From the NCBI GenBank assembly GCA_965226885.1, contig CBDDEL010000012.1, positions 352,001 to 416,000 on the forward strand: DNA of 64,000 bases. Reading direction: 5' to 3'. This document shows positions 51,124 through 60,800 of the stretch, piece after piece; position 1 is the first letter of the stretch; each line of letters starts with the position of its first letter. The notes below the pieces were generated by a model. The model was not told where the DNA came from. It saw nothing but the letters and a program-made list of their open reading frames with translations, and did no database searches. This stretch comes from Opitutales bacterium. GTDB lineage: Bacteria; Verrucomicrobiota; Verrucomicrobiia; Opitutales; UBA2987. The translations under genes and the position numbers were made by a program.

Positions 51124-52037
51124 AGTACCAGTTTGTCAAAGACAACGAGGGGCGCTTCAAGATCGAGGAAATATGCTCGGCGATGGGGATTTGTCGCAGT
51201 GGCTATTACTGCTGGAGGCACCGAGCGCCCTCGGCCCGGCGGATCGAGGACGAGGGAATCAAGGGGGCGATCCTGAAGGTACACAAAGAGGCCAAGGGCC
51301 GCTATGGGCATCGGCCAATGCACCGCCATCTGAAGGATGATGAGGGCATCGATTGCGGCCGTGACCGGGCTCTGCGTCTGATGCGTGAAATGGGAATCAA
51401 AAGCACCCAGAGTAAACGCTTTAAGCCATTAAGAACCAACAGTAACCATCCCTATGGTTACAGCCCCAATGTGCTTAAAAAGCATGGCCAGCCGACCCAT
51501 ATCGACGAGGTCTGGGTGGCGGACACGACCTACCTACGGACCCTGGCCGGTTGGATGTACTTGGCCACGGTGATGGACCTGTTCAGCCGACGCCTGCTGG
51601 GCTGGAGCGTTTCCAACCACAACGACGCGAAGCTGGTTGGCAAGGCCCTCAAAGCCGCGGCCATGACCCGCGGCACACTGCGCACCGGGATTATTCATCA
51701 CAGCGATCGGGGCAGCCCCTACGCCAGCGACGACTATCAGAGGCTGGTCTCTGAACTAGGCATGAAGCCGAGCATGAGCGCCCAAGGCAACTGCTACGAC
51801 AACGCGGCCATGGAATCGTTCTACGGCCGCTTCAAGACCAGCACGATTCGAGGCCGCCACTTTGCCGACGAGCGCGAACTGCGATCAACTGTCTTCGAAT
51901 ACGTGGAAATCTTCTACAACCGATATCGCAAACATTCCTCTCTGAGTTACCAAAGCCCAGTCCAATTCGAGGAAAATATTTGCCCCCCATGGGGGGCAAC
52001 GAGAAAACAAAACCCTTTACCAAAACAAGCCGCCTGA
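51120..52037 (+). CDS. IS3 transposase OrfB (DDE)
   Basis: W.AD.TY, DLFSR, HHSDRGS, GNCYDNA.MES. Confidence 0.92.
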   Translation: MKYQFVKDNEGRFKIEEICSAMGICRSGYYCWRHRAPSARRIEDEGIKGAILKVHKEAKGRYGHRPMHRHLKDDEGIDCGRDRALRLMREMGIKSTQSKRFKPLRTNSNHPYGYSPNVLKKHGQPTHIDEVWVADTTYLRTLAGWMYLATVMDLFSRRLLGWSVSNHNDAKLVGKALKAAAMTRGTLRTGIIHHSDRGSPYASDDYQRLVSELGMKPSMSAQGNCYDNAAMESFYGRFKTSTIRGRHFADERELRSTVFEYVEIFYNRYRKHSSLSYQSPVQFEENICPPWGATRKQNPLPKQAA

Positions 52038-52240
52038 CACACTAATCAATAAACAATGAATATAAGAGAATCCCGTGTCCAACAAATCCAGTACACGTCA
52101 GCAGTGACTACTTGAGTAACGAATTGAATTTCTTTTCGGAGAGCTACCGCTGGATTCGGAATTTTGAATCATCTATCGCTGTTAGAACAAAGAGCCGAAG
52201 GCAATGGTATTGACTTCTGTTTGATCGGACCCCATCTTTG

Positions 52241-53185
52241 CTACCACTTTAAGTGAGAGTATTTCCGTAGGTTTGGTATTGTAGGTTTTGCAGCGGGTGG
52301 CGCAATGAGGCCGTAGGCCGAATGGAGCCAGCCGCTGCTTTGTTCTTTGTTGATTGTTCGCCAGAGTCTGGCAAATGTATTTGGGGAGAGAAAGCCTAAT
52401 CGGCTGTGGGGGTGTTTCGCGTTGTATTTGTGTCGCCATTGTTCGACCACCACACGCGCTTCGGTCACGCTCAGGAACAGTTCCTGGTTAAGGCATTCAT
52501 CGCGCAAACGATTATGAAAGGATTCTATATGTCCATTCTGCCAAGGGCTTCCTGGATCAATGTATGCGATGGCAATTTCCTGTCGCTGCAGTTCTTCTTT
52601 GACTTGGTGGGCTATAAACTCCGATCCGTTGTCCGAGCGGATGCACTGAGGTTTGCCGTTCTCTCTTATGGCATCGTTCAATACCTCTACCACATCGGCA
52701 CTTTTCAGTGAGCGCGCAACCTTAATGGCCAGGCATTGACGGGTATGTTCATCGATCAGTGTCAAGAGCCTGAGCGGACCGCCCCGGTCGGTGCGATCCG
52801 CCACGAAGTCCCAACTCCACACATGGTTGGGCTGCACTGCTCGGGTCGGGGTAGCCGTGGATTGGCCCTGCCGGCGACGGCGCTTGCCAGACGGGCGCAC
52901 ACCCAGTCCTTCGAAACGACGCACTTTTTGGACGAATTTGCGACTCACGGGCCAACCTTCATGGGCCAACAAAGCGCGGATCCGACGATAGCCATAGCGC
53001 GGATGCTTCTTCGAAAAGGCAATGATGCGTGCCACCAGTTTATGCCTATACTCAGTAGCTTTCTTGGGTTCATACAGGTAGGTTGAGCGGTGCAACCCAA
53101 AATACTGACAGGCCCGACGCAGCGAGCACGACCCTTGGGCCAATACATGCTTCACCGCTTCCTTTTTCTGCTTCGGGCCTACCAT
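52241..53185 (-). CDS. IS3 transposase OrfB
   Basis: WSWDF, RSDNGSEF, PGSPWQNG..ESF. Confidence 0.92.
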   Translation of the reverse strand: MVGPKQKKEAVKHVLAQGSCSLRRACQYFGLHRSTYLYEPKKATEYRHKLVARIIAFSKKHPRYGYRRIRALLAHEGWPVSRKFVQKVRRFEGLGVRPSGKRRRRQGQSTATPTRAVQPNHVWSWDFVADRTDRGGPLRLLTLIDEHTRQCLAIKVARSLKSADVVEVLNDAIRENGKPQCIRSDNGSEFIAHQVKEELQRQEIAIAYIDPGSPWQNGHIESFHNRLRDECLNQELFLSVTEARVVVEQWRHKYNAKHPHSRLGFLSPNTFARLWRTINKEQSSGWLHSAYGLIAPPAAKPTIPNLRKYSHLKW

Positions 53186-53446
53186 TTTTTTGCGTTCACC
53201 TCCTTGAGCACACGGTTCTCCAGCATCTGCTCGGCTACTATCTTCTTAAGCTGCGTGTTTTCGCGCTCCAGCTCCTTCAGCCGCTTGGCGCCACGCAGCT
53301 CCATGCGGCCATACTTTTTACGCCAACGATGGTAGCTTTGAGGACTGATATTGTGGGACCGACAGACATCCTGAATGCCTTTGCCTGCGTCTACTTCGCG
53401 CAGTATCGTTATGATTTGTTCAGGGGTGGATTGTTTTTTGCTTCAT
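53179..53446 (-). pseudogene. IS407-group OrfA, +1 frameshift in an A6 run after the ATG
   Basis: TPEQIITILRE...RLKELERENTQLKK...KKW* is out of frame with the ATG at 53446. Confidence 0.75.
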
Positions 53447-53585
53447 AGGTCTTTCCGGTAATTTCTCCAGAAAGACTCTCACTGGCAATGGTAGTGTTTT
53501 CGGCGGTCACATCATGTTGGCCGCAATCTATGGTGAAAATTAGTAACGGAAAACGTTACCTTTAATTGAAAACTCGAGAGAATGA

Positions 53586-54379
53586 ATGATGAAAAAAGCA
53601 GCAGTTGAGAAAATCAGTGATTTAAATGACAACCTGGAGGCCTATCGGGCATCGGCCCTTGCGGTGAGGAAAGGGCCCACCCGAACCGGAAATCTGGCCC
53701 TGGCCAGTGCTGCTGCCGGTGGGGCCGCTCTGGCCATCACACCTGCGGCTGAAGCCGCCATACAGTACAGTGGAGTGGACCACAGAGTATTATGTTGACG
53801 GGCACATCCTATGGTAGTGCGTATTATAGTGATTACTTGTTAATCGATATGGACAGTGATGGTTCAAATGACTTTGTTTTAGTCCAAGATCCTGGCTCTG
53901 ACGCCGCCTACATCGTTCCAATAGGTGAATTTGATGGGACTGGTAAGGCGGGCGTAATTAAATACACCGATGCTCCCGGTCCCTTTCTCAAGACCTTGAC
54001 TGCGAACTACAACATCGCCGACACCCTTGATACTGCCGGAAGTGGATACTGGAAATACGGTACCATCGGCCCTCCTCAATATTTTGGCAAAAGTAATATT
54101 GGCCCCTTCCAAGGTCAGGGCAACAAATACATCGGCGTCCGGTTTACGAATGAAACAGGCGAACACTTTGGCTGGATCCGGGTCAACCTTGCGGCCAGCA
54201 GCACCTCAATCAATATTATAGACTGGGCCTGGGAGGACACGCCCGGCACATCCATCCCAGCAGGGTCGACCACTGCCGTCATCCCAACGTTGAACGAGTG
54301 GGGGATCATCGTATTGATGACCCTATTGGCTGGCGCCGCCGCCTGGAAAATGAACAAGCCCGAGCTTCTGCAGACTTAA
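53586..54379 (+). pseudogene. IPTL-CTERM sorted surface protein, frameshifted
   Basis: C-terminal IPTLNEWG+TM+K signal. Removing one AGTGG at 53769-53778 joins the two ORFs (AIQYSGPQSIML). Confidence 0.82.
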
Positions 54380-54496
54380 GGACCGGCTAGAATACAGGTT
54401 ATGGCTTGGCTTGTGTGGTTATGAAAACCACGGAACTGGGGCCATTGCAGAAATTACTTTGTCAAATCCGTAATTCTGTTTATCTATTCCAGTTAT

Positions 54497-56749
54497 ATGA
54501 ATAACTTTTTTAGTTTAAACTGGATCAAAATCAATGGGTGCCAATGGCAGCTGGGAGTATTAGGGTCTTTGGTGACGCTGAGCTTATTGCCCCTGCAATC
54601 GGCAGAAAGCAAACCCCAGGCGGTTTACCTGACCTGGCAGGGCGATACCAGCAGCACCATAACCGTTAATTACCTGACGGCGGAAGAAGACGCCAGAAGC
54701 ATTGTTTATTACGATACCGAATCCCGGGGGGGCGATCCGGAGAAATATCGTTTTTCAGCCAGCGGACGCAGCCACAGTTTGTCCAAAGTTGCCAACGGGC
54801 CGAAAGTGCATTGGACGGAACTGAAAAATCTTTCACCGGGTAAATCCTATTTCTTTATCGCTGGCGATCCGCGTTACGGAGTCTCGGCGGAGCGTAAATT
54901 CCGCACCGTTCCCAATGATGGGTCAGCCATCAGGTTTGTAACCGGGGGCGATATGGGTGTGTCGGATGAGGTGCGCCAGATCATTCGCCAGTCCGCAGCC
55001 AGGGAGCCTCATATTGCGCTCATCGGGGGAGATGTCGCATATGCCAATGGCAACCCAAAAAACCTGCACCTGTGGGAAGACTGGATGAGCCAATGGACAG
55101 AGGAAATGATAACGCCCAAGGGATATACCGTCCCGGTGGCCTTGGCCATCGGGAATCATGAGGTCAGCAGCCGCTATGATGGCAAGATTGAAGATGCGCC
55201 CTTCTTTTTCGGTTTTTTTGCCCAAAACAGCAAAAGGAGCTACTTCCGCCGCCAGTTCGGGCCCAACATGGTGGTTTATTTTCTCGATTCAGGCCACATC
55301 GCTTCACACCAAAGCCAGACCACCTGGCTGAAAAGTCAAATGGAGGCCGATAGGGACATTCCCAACCGGTTCGCCATTTACCATGTTCCGCTTTATCCCA
55401 GCCACCGCGTTTATAATGGGCAAAAGTCTGAACTTGGGCGCTTGCATTGGGAACCTCTTTTCAGTCATTACGAATTGACGGCCGCATTTGAAAACCACGA
55501 CCACACCTTTAAAAGAACGAAAAAACTGATGAACGGTGAAGTTGCCCCCGATGGCCAGGGCGTTCTCTACCTTGGAGACGGCTGCTGGGGACGTAATCCC
55601 CGGGCGATTCCCATCCAAAAACGCTGGTACCTGGATAAAACGATCTCCGTCATGCATTTCTGGCAGGTGGATGTTTCCAGTCAAAAGACGCAATACAGGG
55701 CCGTCACCAGGAGGGGGCTCGATTTCGATGTTTATCCTATGGAATCCAAAGACTACGCTACTTCAGAAGCTTATTTCCAAACTTTGACCCAACAATACCT
55801 GGTGCAGCCGGAAGCCCTCATAATTAGCCCGCTGTTATCTGAAAATAAGCGATTTAAAAAAGATTCATTTACGGTTACACTGACCAACAAGGAGCTTTAC
55901 CCCCTGGAAGGCAGAATTTCCATGTCCGTCCCCGATGGTTTGCGGATCAAGCCTTCCACTCGAACCGTTAATTTATCGCCCGGTGATTCCGATACCCTCA
56001 AATTCACCCTCAGTTCAAGCGCCGCTGCCGATGTTCTCTCAATCCCGCCTGTTCAAATGGAGCTCTTCCTGGATTACAGGGACGAGGAACGAACCATAAG
56101 CCAAAAGGTCGTCCGCGAAATCAAGGTTGATCGCTTGTTTTCAGCCCGTCGCCTGGCCCGAGCCCCGAATATCGATGGAAATCTCGAAGAATGGACTAAC
56201 CTACCCTATGAGTTTATACGCCCTACAGCATTTGCGCCGTTAAAGATGGCCGATTTTTGGGAAGGTTCTGACGACGCTTCCCTCAAATTTGCAGTGGCTT
56301 ATGATCAAAAAGCTGTTTACCTGGCCATCGAAACAACCGATGATCAGGTTCAGACTCGATTAGACTATACCGCTGACCGCCAGGACAGCCTCTATTTGTG
56401 GTTCGATATATTCCCCGGCGGCGAAGGAGACGACAATCCGCTCTTTGCCGTGGCCCCCAGCAATACGCCGGAAGAATCGCGGTTATTTGTTTTGGAAGAT
56501 ATAAATGGTGACATTCGGGCAACATCGGTAATAACGGAAACCGGTTACAACACAGAAATCGCTTTTCCCATGGACGCTTTTCGCCCGGCCCTGGAGGACC
56601 GTGGCGGAGGAAAAATGGAATATGTCCGGTTGAACATAGCCATCATGGACAAAGACCATTCCGGGCAGAGACCTTTACGGATTTTCTGGAGGCCGAGGTG
56701 GGAAGATCCGGGTGACTATATCTGGTCCGGAGTGTTCAAACTCGATTAG
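54497..56749 (+). CDS. Exported purple-acid-phosphatase-like metallophosphoesterase with C-terminal CBM9-like domain
   Basis: GD, GGDVAY, GNHE, YHVP, HDH; PNIDGNLEEW. Confidence 0.85.
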   Translation: MNNFFSLNWIKINGCQWQLGVLGSLVTLSLLPLQSAESKPQAVYLTWQGDTSSTITVNYLTAEEDARSIVYYDTESRGGDPEKYRFSASGRSHSLSKVANGPKVHWTELKNLSPGKSYFFIAGDPRYGVSAERKFRTVPNDGSAIRFVTGGDMGVSDEVRQIIRQSAAREPHIALIGGDVAYANGNPKNLHLWEDWMSQWTEEMITPKGYTVPVALAIGNHEVSSRYDGKIEDAPFFFGFFAQNSKRSYFRRQFGPNMVVYFLDSGHIASHQSQTTWLKSQMEADRDIPNRFAIYHVPLYPSHRVYNGQKSELGRLHWEPLFSHYELTAAFENHDHTFKRTKKLMNGEVAPDGQGVLYLGDGCWGRNPRAIPIQKRWYLDKTISVMHFWQVDVSSQKTQYRAVTRRGLDFDVYPMESKDYATSEAYFQTLTQQYLVQPEALIISPLLSENKRFKKDSFTVTLTNKELYPLEGRISMSVPDGLRIKPSTRTVNLSPGDSDTLKFTLSSSAAADVLSIPPVQMELFLDYRDEERTISQKVVREIKVDRLFSARRLARAPNIDGNLEEWTNLPYEFIRPTAFAPLKMADFWEGSDDASLKFAVAYDQKAVYLAIETTDDQVQTRLDYTADRQDSLYLWFDIFPGGEGDDNPLFAVAPSNTPEESRLFVLEDINGDIRATSVITETGYNTEIAFPMDAFRPALEDRGGGKMEYVRLNIAIMDKDHSGQRPLRIFWRPRWEDPGDYIWSGVFKLD

Positions 56750-57055
56750 GTCGTGTTTTCAAAAACCAAATGTTGATGGCAACAGCGTTTATTATGTCTG
56801 TAAGTTCTCACATGGACGAAACGGACTTAAGAGGAACGGTTAACCGCTGTGGCATTGATCTCCAGAGCACATGAAGAGGGTGGAAAACGTAAATCAGGAT
56901 TTTCTCGAGTTTATAAAATTACTCGAAAGTGATCAGGTAAGGTATCTCATCGTGGAAGTTTATGCGGTTGGCCTTTTGTGAGGAGAACGCCGATTAAATT
57001 CTGGATGTATTTGATTCTTTCGGATTTTGGGAAATTGGTACAATAATTTGTCCTA

Positions 57056-57811
57056 ATGTTACCTAAAACCACAGATCACGCACTTAAAATCATGAGAAAT
57101 CCATACAGATGCTTTTTTACAACTATCGTTTTCATTTATGGTGCTTCGTCCCTTACGGGCACAGGCGAGGAGTTGCCGGCCTTTATCGCGGCGATGGAAG
57201 GCTCGCCGGTTCCGGCGCTTTCCCCGGCCAGGGCGCCGGAAGCGTGGATTCTGGCTCATATCGATGTGGAGACTACGGGGCTGGTTCCCGGTTATCATGA
57301 GATGATCGATATCGGAATCGTTATGACCGCTCTGGAGGGAAGGGAACTGGATCGATTGTTTCTGCGTATCATGCCGGATTATCCAGAGCGGGCCGCCCCC
57401 GGCGCCGTGGCGGTGAATGGTTTCTCGGTTGATCTGTGGAAGGAACGGGGATTTATCAGCACGGGAAAAGCGGTGGAAAAAATGATCGCTTTTCACAAGC
57501 GGGTGGCGGACGGCAGAAATGTGCTCTTCGTTGCCTATAACGCTTGGTTCGACATTTCCTTCGTGGACCACCTTTTCCGCGCCTCAGGGAAGACCTGGCG
57601 CGAGCTTTACCACTACTTCATCCTCGCTCTGCCCTCCATGGCGTGGAGCCTGGGCGTGCGGGATTTGTTTGGTGGCGAATTGTCGCAAAAATTGGAAATC
57701 GCTCCGGAAACCAGCGACCCGCTCAAGCATACCGGAATGACAGGCGCGGAATCCAATGTTAATGTTTATCGGGCTGTGCTGAAAAAAGCGCGGATAATGC
57801 GGGAAAACTGA
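57056..57811 (+). CDS. DEDDh 3'-5' exonuclease-like protein; start uncertain
   Basis: IDVETTG, YNAWFD, H..E motifs. Confidence 0.75.
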   Translation: MLPKTTDHALKIMRNPYRCFFTTIVFIYGASSLTGTGEELPAFIAAMEGSPVPALSPARAPEAWILAHIDVETTGLVPGYHEMIDIGIVMTALEGRELDRLFLRIMPDYPERAAPGAVAVNGFSVDLWKERGFISTGKAVEKMIAFHKRVADGRNVLFVAYNAWFDISFVDHLFRASGKTWRELYHYFILALPSMAWSLGVRDLFGGELSQKLEIAPETSDPLKHTGMTGAESNVNVYRAVLKKARIMREN

Positions 57812-57826
57812 CCGAGATTTACCTCT

Positions 57827-60800
57827 TTAATCCTCCTCCACCGTGAGCCGGATTTCGGCCCCGTTGGCCCGGATTTCGGGCACATACATGGCGTGACCCA
57901 GCACCGGCAAGGCATGGAATTCGCCCGGTGTTTCGGCCCGCAGCCGGTAGCGGATTTCCCAAAATCCCTCGGGCAGCTTGTCGATAAAGAAGGCCATCTT
58001 CCGGTCGCGCAACTCCTGGTAAACCCAGCGGCGTTTCCCGGTTAGGCGTTCGCTCTCTTCAGCCGCATCGGCGTTCACATCGGCGGCCTTGATTTCGCTG
58101 GCGTAAAGCGCTTCCCCGCTGCGAATTTGCACGGCTTCCACCCCGGCGGGTTTGAGGTCCTCAAAAACCAGGTATTCGTAATCGTTTTTGCCTTCGATGG
58201 TCAGGACTACTTCGATGCGGTCGCCGCTCTGCAGTGAATCCCCGTCGTTAAGCGGCGCTTTCTCCTCGACGAATCCCTTGAGCAAGGTGGGAACCGACCG
58301 CAGCCGGTAATAATCGCGCCGCACAAAGATCTCGTTTCCGGCCGCCGGGACCGGTTCTTCTAGACTGAAAAATTCCGCCTGGATGGAAAAATAAAGGCTT
58401 CCCTGACCCGAGAGGCGGCGAATTTCCACCTGGTTACCGCCATCCAGCAGCCATTCGTGGGGAACCTGCCAATTACTCTGGCCGGCCAGCCAGTTGCCGC
58501 CTCCGCTGTGCCCCTCTGCCAGAACATGCCCGTTGACCATTATTTCGTAGTCAAGGTCCGATTCCAGTTCCTTTGTCATTTCCAGGTATTGGTTGAGGGC
58601 CAGCAGGGCGATGGCGGAGTCCCGCGTGTTGCTCCAGTGCCCGCCCCGGCGGTTTTTAACCAGCCAATTCATGACTGGCTCGATCAAATCGCTTTCCGGT
58701 TCGATCGCCAGAAGAGCCATTAGGGCGAATGAGGTCGCTTCCACCCCTCCGTCGGACCATCGCCAATAGACGCCGCCCTCGCTCCAATGGGCAGTGGCCA
58801 TGACGGCGGGTGATGTTTCCCCGTTTTGCGTGATCAGGATCGACTGGTCGGGAGATTTGTCGATTTTAACGCCGTCTCGCAGGTTCTGCACCAGCAATCC
58901 GGCCTCTTCCTCAGAACCGAAATGCCAGGCCGACAAGGCCAGCAGGGCGCGAGTAAAGGAATTGAGCTGCTCGCGATTCCGCATGAGGTTGAGGAAGGCA
59001 GAGGCTTCGAAACGCGATGGCCGTTTGTCCTTGGCATCGCTAAAACGCACCGCCAGGGCATGGAGCAGCCAGGCCTGCAGGTCGTAGGCGAATTCGGCTT
59101 CGACAAGAACTTTTTCCAGATAGGATCGGGCCTGATCAAGGGTTGATTCTTTTACCTCGACTCCGGCCTGCCCGGCCAAAGTCAATCCCCAGACTACATA
59201 GGCGCTCATGTAAGGGTCGGTAGATCCCTTTTTCCACCAGCCCCAACCGCCGTCCGCATGTTGAAAATCGTAGAGCCGCTCAAGGCCGGCCTCAACCATT
59301 TTGGGCAACTGGTTCATATCCCCGGGGCCTCTGCGGTGGGCGGCATCGGCGTATTCTTTTTCCAGTCCGCCGAACATTTTTCCGGCGATGTCGGCGGGTT
59401 CCAGGTTCAACCCGCGAAGGGTTTTGGCCACCAGGACCGAGGGCAGAAAACGGCTCAAAGTCTGCTCCGTGCAGCCGTAGGGATAATCCAATGAGGTAGG
59501 GCAGCGCGTCCAGCATGGCCACCGCCAGGCTGGTTGTTGCCTGGACGCTGAAGGCGGTCGATGCTTTTTTCCGCTCGGCCGGAATGTTGAGCGAAACCGT
59601 CACGGCATCGCCTTTGAGACGTCCGGATTTTCCGATAAATTTTTCAATCCCATGTTCGTAAACGGGATAGGTTTTTTCCATGGCATCGGCGAAATTGCGG
59701 CTCTTGCCGGTCAGCTTAACCCGGACTTCTCCAGGGAGAATCGGCGTTACAAGCCAATCGAGACGCGTTTGCGAATTAGCGGGAATAGAGACGGCTCCGG
59801 AGGGACTTTCGAGAATCTCGAGCCCGCCATCCGTTTCCAGCAATGCCTCCAATGGCATGGGTACGGAGGTGTTGTTATGAAAAACACCGGTGATGAGCAA
59901 GCGGTCGCCGGTTATGAAGAAACGCGGCGCTTGAAGGCCGGCAATGAGGGGCAGGCGGGTTCGCCGGGTGTCGGCGGCGGTTCCGAACCGGCTTTTTTGA
60001 GACACCGCGCGAGCCGTCGCCCGCCAAGTAGTGAGGGAATCGGGAAGGGTCACCTCGACTTTGGCCAAACCATTTTCGTCCGTCAGGATATCCGGCTGCC
60101 AGAAAACCGTCTCCCGAAAATCGGCCCGCACCTGAACGGCCGGTTCTTCCCTCAATTGCCGCAATGAGGCTTCGGGAGCCGCTAAACTTTGGGCATCGGC
60201 AGAAAACTCTTCCAACTCAGTTTGGCCTCGGCTCCGAACACCAATACTAAGATTCGATTGATGATAAGCCACCTGGCCTAGGTCGCCCATAAGTGCGCCC
60301 ATTACCACTCCTCCGATTGCCCCAGATTTTTTCTCCCCAACCTCCTTGACCTTGAAATACGGCTTCTGGTTAAAAGTGCTGGCCGTCTGGATGGCGTAAT
60401 GCCGTTTCTCTCCGTAGAAGAATTGCCGGATGTCGGGGGCCAGTTCCGATTGGATGTAATAGACGGCATCATCGACCAGTCCGAGGGAGATTTCGGCGGA
60501 GACGGGCTCGCCCTGCCAATCGGTCGCACGAATGCTATAGGAACCTTTTTCACCCGGATGGTAGCCTTCGGCGTCGGCGGAGACCTCGATTTTCAGAAAG
60601 TTCTGTTCGGGGGGGACGACGATCTCCTTTTGCTCCATAAACATTTCGTGCCCGGATACCATGAGGGCTTCGAGGAAGGTGTTGGGAATGTGTTCGTCGC
60701 CAATGTCCAGGTAGAGCAGCTTAACGGTGCCGTCGAGTCGCAGAATTTGGTAGGATTGCAGGTGGGCGGCTCCCACAGTGAAGAGAACGGTGCGCCCCGA

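Larger units (their letters stand above)
50773..52100 (+). mobile_element. IS3-family element, 1328 bp
   Basis: TG...CA imperfect IRs; 4-bp TSD GCAG; A8 slippery run at ~51084-51091. Confidence 0.93.
52222..53514 (-). mobile_element. IS3-family (IS407-group) element, 1293 bp
   Basis: Imperfect IRs TGAT..GACC...CTACCA...AGTGAGAGT; 4-bp TSD TGTT. Confidence 0.9.

Noticed and set aside
50773..53514. Composite transposon formed by the two IS3 elements
   Set aside because: Different elements, each with its own TSD, and only 121 bp between them
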